From contig MHXU01000137.1 of NCBI GenBank assembly GCA_001824555.1, positions 25,439 to 49,438 of the forward strand: a DNA stretch of 24,000 nt, in the 5' to 3' direction. Position numbers and translations under genes: made by a program. This stretch comes from Planctomycetes bacterium GWC2_45_44 (GTDB lineage: Bacteria; Planctomycetota; Phycisphaerae; Sedimentisphaerales; UBA12454). Positions 23,241 through 24,000 of the stretch are shown here, piece by piece. The notes beneath the pieces are model-generated. The model saw only the letters and a program-made list of their open reading frames with translations. It had not been told where the DNA came from and ran no database searches. Positions within the stretch are counted from its first letter, which is position 1, and the number at the start of each line of letters is the position of its first letter.

Positions 23241-24000
23241 ACATAGCGTAATTATGCAGACCGACAAAAATCCTCGACAGGTTCACCCACAGCAGCGTTA
23301 CGACAATAAACGCAAACCCCGTAAAAATCCAAATACTGTTAATCTTCGCGTATTTCACGCCGGTCATATAGCTTTGATGAAAATATGCCAGATATACAAG
23401 CCACGTTACCAGAGCCCACATTTCTTTCGGGTCCCAGCTCCAATAGTCTCCCCAGGCCAGCTTTGCCCAGAAACACCCAAGCACAAGCCCAAGCGTCAAC
23501 AGCGGAAACCCCAGACAAACTAATTTATAAGCTGAAAACTCATAATCGTTATTCGCTTTTGTAATCAGCCCCGCCCCCGCCTGACAGACGGCCTTGGTCA
23601 TTATGATATAGGCAAGCATATAAACCGCGACGTGCGGCACGAACAGCGGACTTTGCAGCGACGGCGAAAGATTCTGCGCCGCTGCGCTGAAAACAAATCC
23701 CGCCGGAAAAAGAACTATTATTCCGAGGAGCATATCCACAGCTTCACCGTCAATTTTGAGCAGCTTTTTACACAGCACGCTCAACGGAAAAACCATCATT
23801 CCCAAAAACAAAAACACCTCAAAAAGATTTTGCAGCGGAAAATGCCCGACGCTAAATCCCCGATAAACGCCGGATATGAGCGAAACCGCAAAACCAAGCG
23901 TATAAACAAACCACGCGGCTTTTCTGTGCCGCAGCTTATAAATCGCAAAAGCCAGCAAATACATCATCATCGTTTGATATATAAGCAAATGCTGAATTGT
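23239..24000 (-). CDS. ccsA: Cytochrome c biogenesis protein CcsA/ResC-like (heme-handling WWD protein); 5' end probably beyond the window
   Basis: It is a polytopic membrane protein with the Trp-rich signature WAKLAWGDYWSWDPKEMWALVTWLVYLAYFH and conserved His residues. The reading frame is still open at position 24000. Confidence 0.8.
   Translation of the reverse strand, partial: TIQHLLIYQTMMMYLLAFAIYKLRHRKAAWFVYTLGFAVSLISGVYRGFSVGHFPLQNLFEVFLFLGMMVFPLSVLCKKLLKIDGEAVDMLLGIIVLFPAGFVFSAAAQNLSPSLQSPLFVPHVAVYMLAYIIMTKAVCQAGAGLITKANNDYEFSAYKLVCLGFPLLTLGLVLGCFWAKLAWGDYWSWDPKEMWALVTWLVYLAYFHQSYMTGVKYAKINSIWIFTGFAFIVVTLLWVNLSRIFVGLHNYAM

Overview
All calls come from reading the sequence and translations by eye; no searches were run, and family names come from remembered motifs. 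The window looks like chromosomal DNA from a PVC-type bacterium (Planctomycetota/Phycisphaerae-, Lentisphaerota- or Kiritimatiellota-like). This is inferred from an H-X9-DG prepilin-like protein, many prepilin-type N-termini and a LamG-bearing pilus subunit. Positions 1-8417 (minus strand) hold one type IV pilus / type II secretion-like locus. Its order is: GspG/PilA-like major pilin, strong terminator, PilV-like, PilW-like, a 566-aa PilX_N/beta-helix/LamG subunit, a GspH/FimT-like subunit, pilM, pilN, pilO, a pilP-like gene, and a secretin that runs off the window at position 1. No ATPase, platform protein or prepilin peptidase is present in the window. A 1.1-kb non-coding divergent region (8418-9546) follows. 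After it come housekeeping genes: rny-ymdB, xseA-xseB, tRNA-Leu(UAG), a LysM protein, a three-lipoprotein module (TPR-like / YcfL-like / LpoB-like) plus a secreted repeat protein, a phosphohexomutase, rlmN, a HAD hydrolase, a tiny lipoprotein, a DUF438/hemerythrin-like protein, an H-X9-DG prepilin-like protein, and ccsA (truncated at the 3' edge of the window). I see no recognisable defence, toxin or CRISPR system. The most unusual content is non-coding. It is a family of modular elements, all in one orientation, each built as conserved flank, covarying hairpin, TTCCAYA, then a private tandem oligonucleotide array. These fill the spacers of the pilus operon and other intergenic gaps. Some carry nested MITE-like insertions with target-site duplications, some abut stop codons, and some overlap start codons. 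There is also a run of helically phased A-tracts in the divergent region. Function calls for accessory proteins remain tentative.
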